Source of the DNA: Phoronis australis
Taxonomy: Eukaryota; Animalia; Phoronida
Length of the DNA stretch: 64,000 bases
Reading direction: 5' to 3'
Assembly (NCBI GenBank): GCA_002633005.1
Contig: NMRA01000254.1
Coordinates: 494,533-558,532, forward strand
In this document: piece by piece, positions 63,320 through 64,000 of the stretch
How positions within the stretch are numbered: the first letter of the stretch is position 1
Layout of the letters: each line of letters opens with the position of its first letter
The notes under the pieces: generated by a model
The model's input: the letters and a program-made list of their open reading frames with translations, nothing else
Told to the model about the DNA's origin: nothing
The model's database searches: none
Position numbers and translations under genes: made by a program

Positions 63320-64000
63320 TTTTAAACTATAGTAGAAAACACAAAATTTCAAAATCGACTCAACAAAATCGAATCACTAACACAGATGTACCTAAGTCAG
63401 AGTCTAAATGGGAAATAGAGCTAGGAGATAGTTTAGACTGGAAGAAAATATATGCTTTACCTTACAAAATTACAAAGGATCCCCATATTAGATGGTTCCA
63501 ATTTAGAAAACTACATAGAATTATTGCAACAAATACCTTTTTAGTCAAAATATGTGTTAGGGATTCTGATCTATGTTCCTTTCATTGTAATAAAGCTACA
63601 GAGACGCTGTCACACCTTTTTTGGAATGTAGCTTTATACAAGATTTCTGGAAGGAATTCGAAAAGCTACTTCAAAAGTGTGGCATTCAGCTTCCCAACTG
63701 TCTGTCTTGCGATATTGTTATTCTTGGATTTTACAAGACGCATGATTTTCTATTTGACTTTTTACTTCTACTAGCTAAACAGTACATTTACAAAGAGAGA
63801 TGTCACAAAAATATACATAATTTTCTCAAGTTCGTTACAAAAACTTATGAATACTATAATGCTGAAAAATTAAATGCACATAAAAACTTTGTACATGACA
63901 GCTTCTCTGCAAAATGGGAAAAATTTATTGTTCATGTTAACTTCATGTAGAAGATATTTTACTTTAAACGAGATATGAGAATGGTCTTCCTGAGGTGTGC
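63320..64000 (+). mobile_element. 3' end of an L1/Tx1 LINE (zinc-finger region)
   Basis: SKWEIELG..DWKKIY..DPHIRWFQFRKLHRIIATN..DLCSF..ETLSHLF.ECSFIQDFW..LLLAKQYIYK..KW. Confidence 0.85.

Overview
AT-rich, intron-containing animal (probably marine invertebrate) genomic DNA. I see no prokaryotic operons, RNA genes or CRISPR arrays, and most ORF-track entries are spurious or antisense. There are two convergent multi-exon genes. (1) Minus strand, 60939->32623: an apparently complete single-pass membrane protein with signal peptide, one TSP1 domain containing RRRR, an array of 123-nt phase-1/phase-1 exons each encoding one Ca-binding EGF domain, a TM exon and a short tail ending GTSA. The array has 17 non-redundant open exons (one with a GG acceptor), 6 more in a block duplicated across a single N, and several dead exon copies. 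(2) Plus strand, 12156->~22283: the 3' part of a kringle-repeat gene with single-exon kringles; its 5' end was not found. The rest is nested decayed transposons (AcademX-like, CR1-group and L1/Tx1 LINEs, Penelope, hAT, RTE, HINE-like repeats, an IS3EU-like MITE). Two duplications meet exactly at assembly Ns and are probably alleles. The palindrome TACATGTA is strongly over-represented and in several places behaves as a Tc1/mariner-type excision footprint. All calls were read by eye; no searches were run.
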